Source: a virus (taxonomy: Duplodnaviria; Caudoviricetes). Taken from it: a DNA stretch of 64,000 nucleotides. The position numbers and the translations under genes are program-made. Numbering within the stretch: position 1 is the stretch's first letter; each line of letters begins with the position of its first letter. Positions 41,238-51,964 of the stretch are shown piece after piece. The stretch spans positions 59,788 to 123,787 of the IMG/VR virus record IMGVR_UViG_3300021185_003040, one strand, 5' to 3'. A model generated the notes under the pieces. That model was given only the letters and a program-made list of their open reading frames with translations. It searched no databases and was not told the origin of the DNA.

Positions 41238-44141
41238 TTATTTAATTGTTAAGATGTTTTTTCTTGTTATGTTTTTATTTCCATTCAAATCAGTTAATTC
41301 CAGCTCTAAACTATACTCTCCTTTTGTATCGAATAGGTATGTCAGCCACTGATTATCATAATATATATCTTCTTTTTTTACACTATTATTTATCAATCTC
41401 CATTTCTGCTCTATAACACCTGGCATTTTAGTTAAATCATAAGAAAACGTCATATGATTTAGTAAACTAATAGTGCCATGATCGTCTATTATATAGGTAT
41501 CGTTAAAGTTAGGATTGTATGCTTGATATTTTACAAAGCTATTAGAATCTATTATACCTGTTGTAGTTGTTGCGTTGTGAAAATCATAACTTTGATTAGG
41601 CTGTTTCGATACAACTAACATATATGTACATTCATCAACTCCATTTATTCCTGTCGAAACATTACCATCAGAATCAAAATAAATTGGATTCCAATTAAAT
41701 TTAGAAAAAATAGGATATTGATTAGGATTTAAATTATTAAGTTCTTGTTGTAAATTATTCCAAGCTGATAAATCCTGGGCATTCGTTGGGTATATTGCAG
41801 TAGGTGTGTACGATTCTACTATTTCTAATCCAGTAAATGTATCTAGTTGCGAAACTGATATAGTTCCATTTAGGTCTCCGTTTAATTCTAACTTAAATGA
41901 AGAATTTAAATCTGCACCTACTCTGGTTTGATTCCATGAAGTAGTAGGTCCGTCGTTCCATGTTTGCTTTCTTAAAGCCTTCCATTGATATGCTCCAGTT
42001 GTTTCTGCAAACCCAGTTGGAGCGGAAGGATCGGCATATCTTCTACTTATAGAAAATTCTTTTCCTAATGTTTCGTCATTAAGATAATTTGCTCTATCAA
42101 GTGTTAAATAATAAGTAGCAATACTTTCTTCGATAGTGTTTAAGTTTTCTCTACCCCATTCCCATGAAGAACCAGCTTCATCCCACTGATATTTATAGTT
42201 AGCCCAATCTAATTCTTCTGTAAGTTTCTGATAAAGTCCATATATCTGGATGTTCTTAGATTTAACCACTATCTTTTCATTGTGGCTTACACTTCTTATA
42301 TTATATAAATCCCAAAAGGCAACATCAATTGAATACTCACCTATATATGGAAGTATTATTGGCAATGTATACCAGTCGTCAATAGATCCTCTGATAGTTT
42401 TAGAGTAACCCCTAGGACCTTTAATTATCCATTCAATTTCATATACACTTCTTTTCCACCAATCATCCCATGTCAAGAAAGTGTCTTGTGGAACTATTGC
42501 AGCTGTTGGATTCCATTCAGGAGCAGGAGTACTTGGGTCTGAATCATAAACATTATTTGGGTTTACATCATTTGGTAATTCAGAAACGTTTAACTGGTTT
42601 TCACTATTATCAGCTAATGTTCCATTAGGATTATAAACTGGAAATGCAATATCGTCATCAGTGTCATTTGCATCTATAAATGTAAAATCAGCATCATCCC
42701 ATGTGTCTTTAAGTGAAGTTCCTGTTAAAATTATAGGTGCACCTATTGGAATATTTTCAATAGTATTATACGTGCTCATATCTTCATCATGCCATTCAGT
42801 ATAGAAAGATCTAATAGAATCTTCTAATTCATTTCTTTCTGTTTTATTAAAAACTTCTATCTTTTGATTACGACCTTCTAACCTATAGTCTACTTTCCTA
42901 AGATCTTCTATATAAATTGATTTAACTTCAGGAAAGACTTCATAGTGTACGTCTTGCCCTGCGAGCTGAGAATGTATTTGATGTTGGTTATTCCAAACTC
43001 TCTGATTTACTCCGTCAAAGTAATCACCTTCTGCTGTAATATCTACGATCTTTGCGTTAAGGGGTAAGTACTCTTTTTGTAGTTTACGCTTTAAAGCATA
43101 TAATTTTATTAAAATTTCATCAGGTGAAAAATCTGTAATTTCCTCTACTTCAGGTAAATCAAATTCATTTAGTCTTCCAGTGGGAACATTTAATCTATAC
43201 GCTAGTGAAAATCTAGAAGTTTTCTTTTGATTAGAATTAGGAAGGTTCTTATTTTTACTCTTCTTTGCTAAAAAACCTACTTCAGTTTGATTAGCAACAG
43301 GAACCACCATCATTTTTCCAAATCCTTCAGATTGTTCATTTATGTTTAGCCAGTATTCTCTAAGACTTACATTGTTATATCCAAAGAAATCAATAACACC
43401 TAACAGCGCTTTATACGTTCCTATGAAAGGCTTAATGGTAGAAGCCTGTAATAAAAGTTCTTTTCTTTTTCTATTTAATAGTTTATAATCTACACCAAGA
43501 TCTTTAATATCAGAATCTCTAAATATCAAATAATCCATTTCGGTAAGATTAAGAGCCATGTTAGTTAAAAGGCTTTTTAGTCTTTCATCTTCAGCAACAA
43601 TTTCACCATACACTTTAATCTCAGCAACCTTTACTTCATTGCCGTCTTCAGTTGCATATACTTCTAATTTTCTAATATGAAATCCTTCTTGATCTGAGCT
43701 CATTGCAATATTAGCAATACATGCCTGAGGACTTAGTGCGGCTGCATTTAGAGGAACTATTTTAAAACCATCTGGGTCAATTGATGTATAATAGCTATTG
43801 TCTCTCATTTCACTAATTTGAAAAGAATCTATATTTACATCATAATCCCCATTATTCATTTTACCACTATATAAAAATATATCTGTACTTTCACCATAGT
43901 CTTCTGTGAATTTAAACTTAAGCGTATTTTTATTTGCGTCTACTGATATTGGATGTACAAACCTTTGATTATCTAATTCATCCTTTACTTCTTCTAGTAC
44001 ATATAAATTTAAAGTTTCATATAAACCCGTAGATATCTCAGGTAAAAATGCATTACCTGTAGAATATCCTAAATCAGAATTATATTCTAGATTTAATTCG
44101 TTAGAATTATTATCAAAAAATCTTAGATTTTGGTATGACAT
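41238..44141 (-). CDS. Baseplate wedge protein with PKD/Ig-like domains
   Basis: GTYKAL...FFGY wedge motif; GEYSIDV and GEYSLELELTDLNGN PKD-like motifs. Confidence 0.6.
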   Translation of the reverse strand: MSYQNLRFFDNNSNELNLEYNSDLGYSTGNAFLPEISTGLYETLNLYVLEEVKDELDNQRFVHPISVDANKNTLKFKFTEDYGESTDIFLYSGKMNNGDYDVNIDSFQISEMRDNSYYTSIDPDGFKIVPLNAAALSPQACIANIAMSSDQEGFHIRKLEVYATEDGNEVKVAEIKVYGEIVAEDERLKSLLTNMALNLTEMDYLIFRDSDIKDLGVDYKLLNRKRKELLLQASTIKPFIGTYKALLGVIDFFGYNNVSLREYWLNINEQSEGFGKMMVVPVANQTEVGFLAKKSKNKNLPNSNQKKTSRFSLAYRLNVPTGRLNEFDLPEVEEITDFSPDEILIKLYALKRKLQKEYLPLNAKIVDITAEGDYFDGVNQRVWNNQHQIHSQLAGQDVHYEVFPEVKSIYIEDLRKVDYRLEGRNQKIEVFNKTERNELEDSIRSFYTEWHDEDMSTYNTIENIPIGAPIILTGTSLKDTWDDADFTFIDANDTDDDIAFPVYNPNGTLADNSENQLNVSELPNDVNPNNVYDSDPSTPAPEWNPTAAIVPQDTFLTWDDWWKRSVYEIEWIIKGPRGYSKTIRGSIDDWYTLPIILPYIGEYSIDVAFWDLYNIRSVSHNEKIVVKSKNIQIYGLYQKLTEELDWANYKYQWDEAGSSWEWGRENLNTIEESIATYYLTLDRANYLNDETLGKEFSISRRYADPSAPTGFAETTGAYQWKALRKQTWNDGPTTSWNQTRVGADLNSSFKLELNGDLNGTISVSQLDTFTGLEIVESYTPTAIYPTNAQDLSAWNNLQQELNNLNPNQYPIFSKFNWNPIYFDSDGNVSTGINGVDECTYMLVVSKQPNQSYDFHNATTTTGIIDSNSFVKYQAYNPNFNDTYIIDDHGTISLLNHMTFSYDLTKMPGVIEQKWRLINNSVKKEDIYYDNQWLTYLFDTKGEYSLELELTDLNGNKNITRKNILTIK

Positions 44142-44143
44142 TG

Positions 44144-44413
44144 TTATCTAATTTTTTTATCGTTCTTTTTAATAGTGTAAGATTTATAACTCTTTAAATA
44201 ATTCACAGAGTCTACCCAATCAGCCAACACCTCTTGAATAAACTTTATAAAATCATTCATTTGGTTATTTCTCCATATATGACCAGATATAGAATTCTTT
44301 AAAATGTTTTTTCTATAATCATTTCCAAGATTTTTTCTATCGTCAAATACACTTTCCCTAATAGAGTATAGCCTTTCTCTTCTGCTTTTAAAAAGATTTT
44401 TAAAAATACTCAT
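44144..44413 (-). CDS. Hypothetical protein (baseplate module)
   Basis: 89-aa ORF coupled to its neighbours. Confidence 0.6.
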   Translation of the reverse strand: MSIFKNLFKSRRERLYSIRESVFDDRKNLGNDYRKNILKNSISGHIWRNNQMNDFIKFIQEVLADWVDSVNYLKSYKSYTIKKNDKKIR

Positions 44414-46233
44414 TATATAGCTTTTCTATTTTTAGCTTGAACTTTAGCAAATATGCTATTTTTCACAGCTGGTTCATCAAAGTAAATTGAAAGAGCTGCT
44501 TTTTCCCCAGTCTTTACTGAATCATCCACCATGTTTCCATTTTGATCTAACCATCCACCTCTAAACAATGCAACTTCTTCTTTTTCTAAAATTATATCTC
44601 CAAAAGAATCTAAATTAATTACATTCTCCGGAAGAGCAGCGCCTTCTTCAAAATTAACCTGTGAGGTAGTTACGTTTCTTTTAAAGAAAACCATTTTTTG
44701 TTTTCCGTTACCTATATCCTCTAATAGTGGAGTAGAAGGCGTTACGGTTACTGTTTTAGAAATATAATATCCTAATCTTCTAGCTGTTTCTTCTTTTTCA
44801 GAAGTGAATTTAACGTTAACGGAATCAATACCTTCAATACCTTCAATAATTGCTACTATATCTGATTTTGGAAGACGATCTCTTCTTGTAATATTAATTA
44901 AGTATTCAGCGACCTTAGATCTAATTTCAGATGATAGGTTATTTTTATGATATCCTTCAAAATATCTAACCTTAATATCCATTCTAAAGTATTGCGGTAA
45001 AGGATCTACTATTTTAACTTCAGTCGTTACCATCTGTCTTCCTGATTTTTCTAATAATCCCATAATTCCTTCTTTTTCTATTTCAGTAAAAAAGAATTCA
45101 GAAGTATCTAAGCTAAAATAATCTTTATTGTTTTGTAATTTTTTAAGAGTATTAGGCAACATGAATAGATAGATAACATTATCATCGTCTAAATATCCAT
45201 CGTCTGTAGTATTATATGCATCTAAATATGAAAACAAGCCGTATCTTGAAAGAAAGTGCTCATAGTTATCTGGGGTTGCTAGTACAAATGAATGTGACTG
45301 TAATGGGGCAATTAATTTTGTTAATGCAATATCTTCTGGATTTGCTCCCATTTTAGGAGCGACTGTAAACGAAAATTCTAATAATTCGTTTAAGTCATGT
45401 GTGTTTCCTAAAGAATCTGTTCCTTCAGTTTCAAACTTAAATGTCAAATCAGCTCTACCGTTTAAATTACCCATAGCACCGGAAATCTTTAAATATTCTA
45501 CTTTAATCGAAGCTCCCTTTTCAGGTATTTCTCCAAATGAACCATTACCAAAATAAAGATCTAATCCACCTGTTATACCTGTTTTCACAATGTAACCCTG
45601 TGTTCCTTTCTTCATATCATACAGTGAATCATATTTTGACCACAAATTAGAATTAACAGTTACTCTAATTTGATCATGATCAACCATTCCTTTTGTTATT
45701 ACGTTAAATGACTGAAATGACTCCCCTGTTGAAGTTAATGTTTGATCTTCATATTCTCCTTGAACTACGGGAACATATATGAAATTAGAATTAGATTTGT
45801 CTAATCTAAATTGATCATTATTGGTTCTTAAAGTATACACTAGACCATTATCATTTGATTTTATAATAGCATTAGCGGGAATGTTTAAAGCATCTCCTGC
45901 AATATCATCTAATCCCTGTACACCTAATCTCAGCTTTAATTCACCAGAAGCGGCAGCTCCTCTAAATGAATCATGTCCTGCTAATCTTGAAAGGCCATAA
46001 ATTGATTCTGGGTTTTGAGCTGTTAGTATATTTTGCTCAACCGTTGAGTCTTCTATATAGAAGAAGATTAATTTTCCTATTTCTGAAATAACATCTAGTA
46101 ATTGTGAAAAAGGAGAAGCGGTTGTAAATGCAGTTCCTACTGCACCATATACCCTGCTAACATACGATCTCACATCTGAGATCATTTCTCCAGTTTTAAT
46201 TCTAGACGTTGATAAAAAGTTATTATCTGCCAT
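44413..46233 (-). CDS. Baseplate wedge subunit (T4 gp6 / baseplate J-like)
   Basis: NILTAQ..SIYGL.RL.G, VVQGE, LYFGNGSFG.IP, GA.GN. Confidence 0.8.
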   Translation of the reverse strand: MADNNFLSTSRIKTGEMISDVRSYVSRVYGAVGTAFTTASPFSQLLDVISEIGKLIFFYIEDSTVEQNILTAQNPESIYGLSRLAGHDSFRGAAASGELKLRLGVQGLDDIAGDALNIPANAIIKSNDNGLVYTLRTNNDQFRLDKSNSNFIYVPVVQGEYEDQTLTSTGESFQSFNVITKGMVDHDQIRVTVNSNLWSKYDSLYDMKKGTQGYIVKTGITGGLDLYFGNGSFGEIPEKGASIKVEYLKISGAMGNLNGRADLTFKFETEGTDSLGNTHDLNELLEFSFTVAPKMGANPEDIALTKLIAPLQSHSFVLATPDNYEHFLSRYGLFSYLDAYNTTDDGYLDDDNVIYLFMLPNTLKKLQNNKDYFSLDTSEFFFTEIEKEGIMGLLEKSGRQMVTTEVKIVDPLPQYFRMDIKVRYFEGYHKNNLSSEIRSKVAEYLINITRRDRLPKSDIVAIIEGIEGIDSVNVKFTSEKEETARRLGYYISKTVTVTPSTPLLEDIGNGKQKMVFFKRNVTTSQVNFEEGAALPENVINLDSFGDIILEKEEVALFRGGWLDQNGNMVDDSVKTGEKAALSIYFDEPAVKNSIFAKVQAKNRKAI

Positions 46234-46250
46234 TTTACTTTTTTGTTTTA

Positions 46251-46604
46251 TTATACATAGACACCTACTTGATATTTGTTGTCTACTCTTATATCTATAA
46301 AGACTGCATGTCTGTCGACTTCTTTAGTAAAGTCAACGTCTACAGTCACGTTAAATTTTTGCGCAAGTGGACAGAATTGAAAAATCTGTTCTGCTACCAC
46401 TTTTTTTAATAAATAGTCATTATAACTTAATGAATATACATAGTCTTCTAAATTAGCACCAAATTCTGGATTACCTAGAACATCACCCTTTCTTGTAAAA
46501 AGAACTGTTTCAATCTGCGTTAACAGTCTTGAAAGTTCTGAATAGTTTTCCATCTCAGTTGGATCGAAACCAGGATCTCCTTGCGCTTTTATATAAAACT
46601 CCAT
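46251..46604 (-). CDS. Baseplate wedge subunit (gp25-like)
   Basis: LFTRKGDVLGNPEFGANL motif. Confidence 0.85.
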   Translation of the reverse strand: MEFYIKAQGDPGFDPTEMENYSELSRLLTQIETVLFTRKGDVLGNPEFGANLEDYVYSLSYNDYLLKKVVAEQIFQFCPLAQKFNVTVDVDFTKEVDRHAVFIDIRVDNKYQVGVYV

Positions 46605-46620
46605 TTAACTATATATTCTA

Positions 46621-47454
46621 TTAAGAATGCATCATCCAATCGGTGCCTTCATCTGATTTAATTTCTTCAATAACAGCTTCTAATTCTCCTTCTCCTAATC
46701 CCTGTATTGCATCTGCATTTACCTCTATATTTCCTGGCAATGCAAATCCAAAGATACTTAACTTTTGGCCAAGTGATATTTTAATCTTTGCAGCGCAATA
46801 TCTAAAGAATGCTTCATCTTCAAATAATGCACACTCTGGAATTGTTTCATATACTTCTAATATAATATCTCTATTAGGGGTTTCTCCAGTAAATTTAATC
46901 TCATGTGTTAGTTGGTTATAGTGATAGCCAATGGGGTTTTCTAGAATTTGTCTAGCCATATCAAAGAAACTTTCATTAACCACGTAATATTGAAGGTTCT
47001 CTGCTGCATCTACTACACCATCTCCACCGAACATTCCAGTATACATCATTCTTTCGATAGCAAAATCACCTTGTGAAAATCTAATATCTGTTCCACCCGC
47101 ATACTTTGATCCGGTTTCAAAACATCCATATACTGAATAAACTTCTCCACCACCTGTAACTGGATCCATCTTTGGAAGAGTAAAGCATCTTCTAGATTTA
47201 AAAAGATTAGACTCAAAAAGTTCTTTAGGCAAAACCATAAAGTTTTCTTTCATTGAATACTCGTAATTTTTATAGAACCATTTCTTTGCTCTCTTGACAA
47301 TATTCTCTACTTCTGATTTTGGAAGATTCATAGGAATCATACAAGACCCTGTTACCTCTGATGCCAACTCATTTACAAAGTTGTTAAAGCATACATTATC
47401 ATCCCAAGTAGGCTTATTTAAATGGCTATTATTACCTATTATATTATCACTCAT
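46621..47454 (-). CDS. Neck protein (T4 gp13-like)
   Basis: YCAAKIK..LG.KL..F...LPGNIEVNAD C-terminal motif. Confidence 0.75.
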   Translation of the reverse strand: MSDNIIGNNSHLNKPTWDDNVCFNNFVNELASEVTGSCMIPMNLPKSEVENIVKRAKKWFYKNYEYSMKENFMVLPKELFESNLFKSRRCFTLPKMDPVTGGGEVYSVYGCFETGSKYAGGTDIRFSQGDFAIERMMYTGMFGGDGVVDAAENLQYYVVNESFFDMARQILENPIGYHYNQLTHEIKFTGETPNRDIILEVYETIPECALFEDEAFFRYCAAKIKISLGQKLSIFGFALPGNIEVNADAIQGLGEGELEAVIEEIKSDEGTDWMMHS

Positions 47455-47470
47455 TTTATTTTAGTTATTT

Positions 47471-48766
47471 TTAAACTTCCGTATAAAGTATTTTTTCAGT
47501 GTTGTCAAACTTTGCAGTTCTTTTATCGTATTTACCGTCTCTAAATATACCTCCTTGCATCGTCCCTTTCATTATTCCATTTCCGTATACGTAACAATCT
47601 TTTAAAACACAAGACTGATGAACGTATGAACTTTCTAATTTAGATGAATTAATCTGTGTAGATTGATAAAAGTTACAAGTGTGAATATCAGATCCATTTA
47701 TGTCACAGCTAAAGAAATCACAATTTGTAAATTCTCCTCTTAAAGAACATCTTACAAATTCATATCCTTCTAATTCTACGCAATATGATAAGTTACCATG
47801 ATCTACTTGAATTGTCCCGTTATCTGCATCATAGTTAATATGTCCCTTTGTTAATTCACCATGTGTAAATAACCTAAGAACTCTTTCTCTAATATTAGGC
47901 CAGTGTAAATCTATTATTTTTTCATTGTCATTTAAATCAACCGTTAATTTAACATCTTGATTCCAACCTACATTAATAGTTTTCCAATCTTTTCTAGCCT
48001 TTATAATTCTTTCATTTTTTGCAAGAATTTTTCTAAGCTCTATTGAATTAAGATTGTCAAATTGAACACCACTAGTACTATTCCATAATTGAGTTATAAA
48101 AAGATCTAGCATTTGTAGAATCTTAGAAGTTTTCTTTTCCCAATCTGCTCCACCTAAGTATCTAAATTCTAAATAATTTTTATGTCTTTTTTCAAAGTTA
48201 ATTCCATAATATTTAGAATCGGGATATATGAAATTACTAGGAGTAATATTTAATCCATCATAGAAATAAGTATCTGACTTAGGTAAAACGAATTTAATTG
48301 ACTTTGCGTATGCAGAATCTTTTCTTTCTGGGAAAAACTTAAAAACTTGGCTTTCTTTAAAATCTAAAATAAATTTAAGAACATTCATTTTAGATATTCT
48401 GTGCTTATTCTCTATTTTATCAGTATCGAAAGAAAGGTTTAAGTGAATAGAACTTCTATCATTAGTATACCCATTTTCTTCTATCCATTTACATACTTTA
48501 ATAATCATCATTCTTGCAGCATAATACGGCTGTGCTCCCGTTACAAGTTCCATTAGTTTTTCACCACCTGACATATCAGGTTCAATTTTAAACTCATCCC
48601 TTGTAACTTCAAAGTCACTATGTGCCTTTGCCTCTACTCTAATTTTTTTACCTAAAAGACCTGCTAATTCCTTAGCAGTCGTATCGATATCCTTATTAGA
48701 ATAAAATTCAAATTCAACACCTACTAGTGCGTTCTTTAATATGTCTGAATTATTAATATTATTCAT
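47471..48766 (-). CDS. Putative amidoligase (COOH-NH2 ligase fold) with a C-terminal repeat/beta-helix region
   Basis: GVEFEF, ELVT, SSIHLNLS, KYYGIN and EFRY motifs. Confidence 0.7.
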   Translation of the reverse strand: MNNINNSDILKNALVGVEFEFYSNKDIDTTAKELAGLLGKKIRVEAKAHSDFEVTRDEFKIEPDMSGGEKLMELVTGAQPYYAARMMIIKVCKWIEENGYTNDRSSIHLNLSFDTDKIENKHRISKMNVLKFILDFKESQVFKFFPERKDSAYAKSIKFVLPKSDTYFYDGLNITPSNFIYPDSKYYGINFEKRHKNYLEFRYLGGADWEKKTSKILQMLDLFITQLWNSTSGVQFDNLNSIELRKILAKNERIIKARKDWKTINVGWNQDVKLTVDLNDNEKIIDLHWPNIRERVLRLFTHGELTKGHINYDADNGTIQVDHGNLSYCVELEGYEFVRCSLRGEFTNCDFFSCDINGSDIHTCNFYQSTQINSSKLESSYVHQSCVLKDCYVYGNGIMKGTMQGGIFRDGKYDKRTAKFDNTEKILYTEV

Positions 48767-48824
48767 TTACGTAATTATATAACTTAAGTTGGTTTATATA
48801 TCTCTGTTAGATACACTATAACGT

Positions 48825-48852
48825 GAAAAAGCCCGAGTGATCGGGCTCTTTC
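48825..48852 (-). terminator. Intrinsic terminator after the S1 gene
   Basis: GAGCCCGA-TCAC-TCGGGCT followed by a T-run on the minus strand. Confidence 0.85.
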
Positions 48853-48871
48853 AACTAAATTATAGATTTGA

Positions 48872-50197
48872 TTATAGTTTAAGGAATACTTTTCTAGTGT
48901 CTTCTTCAACTCTGATCACTTGGACAGTAATATCTGCACCTTTCGATATGTCTTTAATATCTATGTTTTCAGGGAATTCAGATACATGTAAGAGTCCTAC
49001 AACACCTTCTTCTATTTCTACAAATAAACCATAGTCTTTAGTAGATTTTACCTTTCCTACTACTTCAGTTTTCTTAGTATATCTTGAAGAAATACCTTCC
49101 CATGGATCTACTTTCTTTTCAGCAGGAGAACCTTGAACAAGTGTAATTTTTCTTTCATTAATAACTTCCTTAACATAGAATTTAATTTCTGTTCCTGGCT
49201 CTAAAGATCTGTCTCTATGTGCCTTTGAAGTTTCAGTATCTAAGTCGTTAACGTGAATCATACCTGTTAAACATCCTTCAAACTCAACGAATACACCGTA
49301 TTTTGCAGAACCGGTAACATGACCTGTTCTTTCAACTGTAATATCCTCTTGTATTGTTTTAAGTGTATTAGGAATAAGTGCTCTTAAATATGCTCTATGT
49401 GAAACTACAACAGTTCCTTTTTCTTCTGAATAACTCACAGGTACTACATACATTTCTGTGCCGATGATTGATTCAAAGTCATGTAATTTATTTACACCTG
49501 CTAAAGAACCTGGCATAAAGCAATCAATTCCTTGAACCTGAACAATATATCCTCCACCTGGAATCATTTTAGAAACAATACCGCTGTATGCTGTATTCCC
49601 ATCATCAATAGATGCTACGATTTCTTTAATAACTTTAGTCTTAAGACCTTCAGTTACAGAACCTATCATATATTTCTTGACATTCATTGAAGTATCGGCA
49701 GTCAATTGAACATCAACTTCAGCTCCTTCTTTTAAAAGTTCTTTTACTTCTGCAGTTTCTCTTGACAAATCTACATAGATTAATTCTCTATACCCTACGT
49801 CAATTGACGCCCATTCAGAATCAACGCCATACACCTTTCCAGTGTAACTAGCGCCTAATTGTAAAGAATATAAAGTGTTAGAAGTTAATGAATGACCTTC
49901 CATTAGATCAAATAACTCTTGAGCATACGGCTCTCTACTATATACCTTTACTCCTTTAGGTACTTTAATATGTGGATTTGGTTTTCTAAACTTAGTGGGG
50001 CAATCCGCCTGATAAAGATCCCACATGAATTCTCCATTTTCATCTAGAAAATCAGTGTCAGGTCCTGGCGTTAATTTTTCTGGGGTTGCTTTGTTTAGAG
50101 AAGTTTCTACTTTAACTTCTGTTTCTTGATTAGCTTCTTTAAGCTGTGTAGTTGTTGAGAGTCTTGGTCTCTTTTGTTTAGTTGTCTTTGTTGACAT
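48872..50197 (-). CDS. rpsA: Ribosomal protein bS1 homologue (about four S1 domains)
   Basis: Repeats such as GGYIV...CFMPGS, VVVSHR, YGVFVEF..GMIHVND, DPW, YGLFVEIEEGVVGLLHVSE. Confidence 0.85.
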   Translation of the reverse strand: MSTKTTKQKRPRLSTTTQLKEANQETEVKVETSLNKATPEKLTPGPDTDFLDENGEFMWDLYQADCPTKFRKPNPHIKVPKGVKVYSREPYAQELFDLMEGHSLTSNTLYSLQLGASYTGKVYGVDSEWASIDVGYRELIYVDLSRETAEVKELLKEGAEVDVQLTADTSMNVKKYMIGSVTEGLKTKVIKEIVASIDDGNTAYSGIVSKMIPGGGYIVQVQGIDCFMPGSLAGVNKLHDFESIIGTEMYVVPVSYSEEKGTVVVSHRAYLRALIPNTLKTIQEDITVERTGHVTGSAKYGVFVEFEGCLTGMIHVNDLDTETSKAHRDRSLEPGTEIKFYVKEVINERKITLVQGSPAEKKVDPWEGISSRYTKKTEVVGKVKSTKDYGLFVEIEEGVVGLLHVSEFPENIDIKDISKGADITVQVIRVEEDTRKVFLKL

Positions 50198-50243
50198 TTA
50201 CTTTGTTTTTAAAAGGGTTAATGTATGTTTTACTAGTTATATA

Positions 50244-51962
50244 TCAAATTACGGTGGCGTCAAATCCTATCATTGGAACGTAAGGAACAGTAGGAACTGG
50301 TATACCGCCCATATAAATAAATTTCATTTCACTAAGATGCGTAAAATAAGAATATGCAAGTGCTTTAGCCACTGCATTGGCTGCACCTTCCCTATCTAAT
50401 CCATAATCTTTACCTGAATTAAGAGCTCTTCTTAAATTATCTGCTAATTTCCTTTGATTTCCGTAACTAACTCCTATGTATTTTCCGCCTAAAGGAGGAA
50501 CAGATAGACATGGCGGTGTCGGGGGATCAGTTGCAAATGGCTGTATTGTTGCATCTTTCCAGTATTTAAGAGTTGCCTTTGCAAGTTCTTTATATGGATC
50601 ATCTTTACTTCCACCTTCTGCTAACATTGCAGCTTCAATTCCCATTTCTACTATTAAAGTATTTCTAATTTGCTTAGCTAAAGTTCCCGTCTTAGACATA
50701 TCTATATTCACAATAGAATCCTGTGTTTCGTCGTTTTCAGTAAGAGGACATCCTTGCCATTTTTTTCTTAATTCATCTTCTAGAAAAACGGGTTTAACTT
50801 TATTTTTTTTAAAACCATAGTCTTGTTTACCGTTCCACGTAAATTCTGTAATAACATACTGAGTTAATGCAGGTGGCATTTTATTATTTTCATCAAAAGG
50901 CTCCTGTATTTTTAAATTAGTTAATTTAAATGGATATCTTACTTTTAATTTTTCAGCAGGTTCCATTTCTTCATATCCTACGGGTAATGTAGTATCAAAG
51001 GGCCATGGATATTTAATAGCTTGTATAGGATCTTTCTTTAATGCAGTTTCATCATTGTATAAAAACTTTCCATCACTATCTACAGTTGGATGACACTTCC
51101 TTATTTCATCAATTACATATTTAGAAACTAGTAGATGAAATTCTCCATCACTATTTTTATTATTATTATTTACTGAAAAACCCGAGGAAGATTTAAATGA
51201 TTGCCAACCCCAGTCTAATCCCTTTAGTGTAGATATAGCCGCCTTCCTGTTATTGTTCATCTGCTGAATGTCTTGATTACTAAATCCTGAACCGCCAACC
51301 CCAGCTGTGGAATTGCTTCTAATTTCATTAGTTCCCATCCAAGTCGCCCAGTGCCAAAAATCCCATCTTTTATCTCCGTCAGAAATATCCTCAAATTGCA
51401 TTAATAATCTTGTTGCAAATATTCTAGCTAATTCATCGCCGGTTTCTTTACCATCTAAGCGATGAAACTCGAAGAATTTAAATCTATATAGGTTTTCTGC
51501 TTCGTCATCCTTAAACTCTTCCAGATACTTGTCAAGCTCTTCAGTTGGCTCGTATTGTATACCTCCTGAAATTTCACCTTCTAGTTTATTATATTCAGGA
51601 TCATTGTCTTTTCCTGCAATACTTAACCTGGAAGCTGCGCCAGCTGCACTCGCCAACCACGTTGCAATTCCTATTTTCTTTTCTTCGGTGTCTGGTGTTT
51701 CCATGACAGGTTCTCCTTTTTCAAAAAGGTCAGTGAACCAATGTTCATAGCTTGCTATGAATGCACTCTCCCCGGGTGATGATTCATGAGGTGCCATTCC
51801 TGGAATACACGTTGCATTAGGACCAGAACCTTTTTTAACATCAATCGTATATTGTGTGGCTAATAATTTACCGAATTCTGCGGCACTAGTCGGTGGGGCA
51901 GTAGGTGCGCTTAAAAGAAATCCTTCTACTTCACTAATAAAATTAGTCCAATCTGCAGCCAT
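50244..51962 (-). CDS. Hypothetical protein (baseplate-spike-associated?)
   Basis: 572 aa, directly downstream of the gp5-like gene. Confidence 0.5.
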   Translation of the reverse strand: MAADWTNFISEVEGFLLSAPTAPPTSAAEFGKLLATQYTIDVKKGSGPNATCIPGMAPHESSPGESAFIASYEHWFTDLFEKGEPVMETPDTEEKKIGIATWLASAAGAASRLSIAGKDNDPEYNKLEGEISGGIQYEPTEELDKYLEEFKDDEAENLYRFKFFEFHRLDGKETGDELARIFATRLLMQFEDISDGDKRWDFWHWATWMGTNEIRSNSTAGVGGSGFSNQDIQQMNNNRKAAISTLKGLDWGWQSFKSSSGFSVNNNNKNSDGEFHLLVSKYVIDEIRKCHPTVDSDGKFLYNDETALKKDPIQAIKYPWPFDTTLPVGYEEMEPAEKLKVRYPFKLTNLKIQEPFDENNKMPPALTQYVITEFTWNGKQDYGFKKNKVKPVFLEDELRKKWQGCPLTENDETQDSIVNIDMSKTGTLAKQIRNTLIVEMGIEAAMLAEGGSKDDPYKELAKATLKYWKDATIQPFATDPPTPPCLSVPPLGGKYIGVSYGNQRKLADNLRRALNSGKDYGLDREGAANAVAKALAYSYFTHLSEMKFIYMGGIPVPTVPYVPMIGFDATVI

Positions 51963-51964
51963 TC

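Noticed and set aside
41362-41369. GATATATA inside a coding region
   Set aside because: It could be an internal promoter, but a single intragenic match in AT-rich DNA is not distinguishable from chance.
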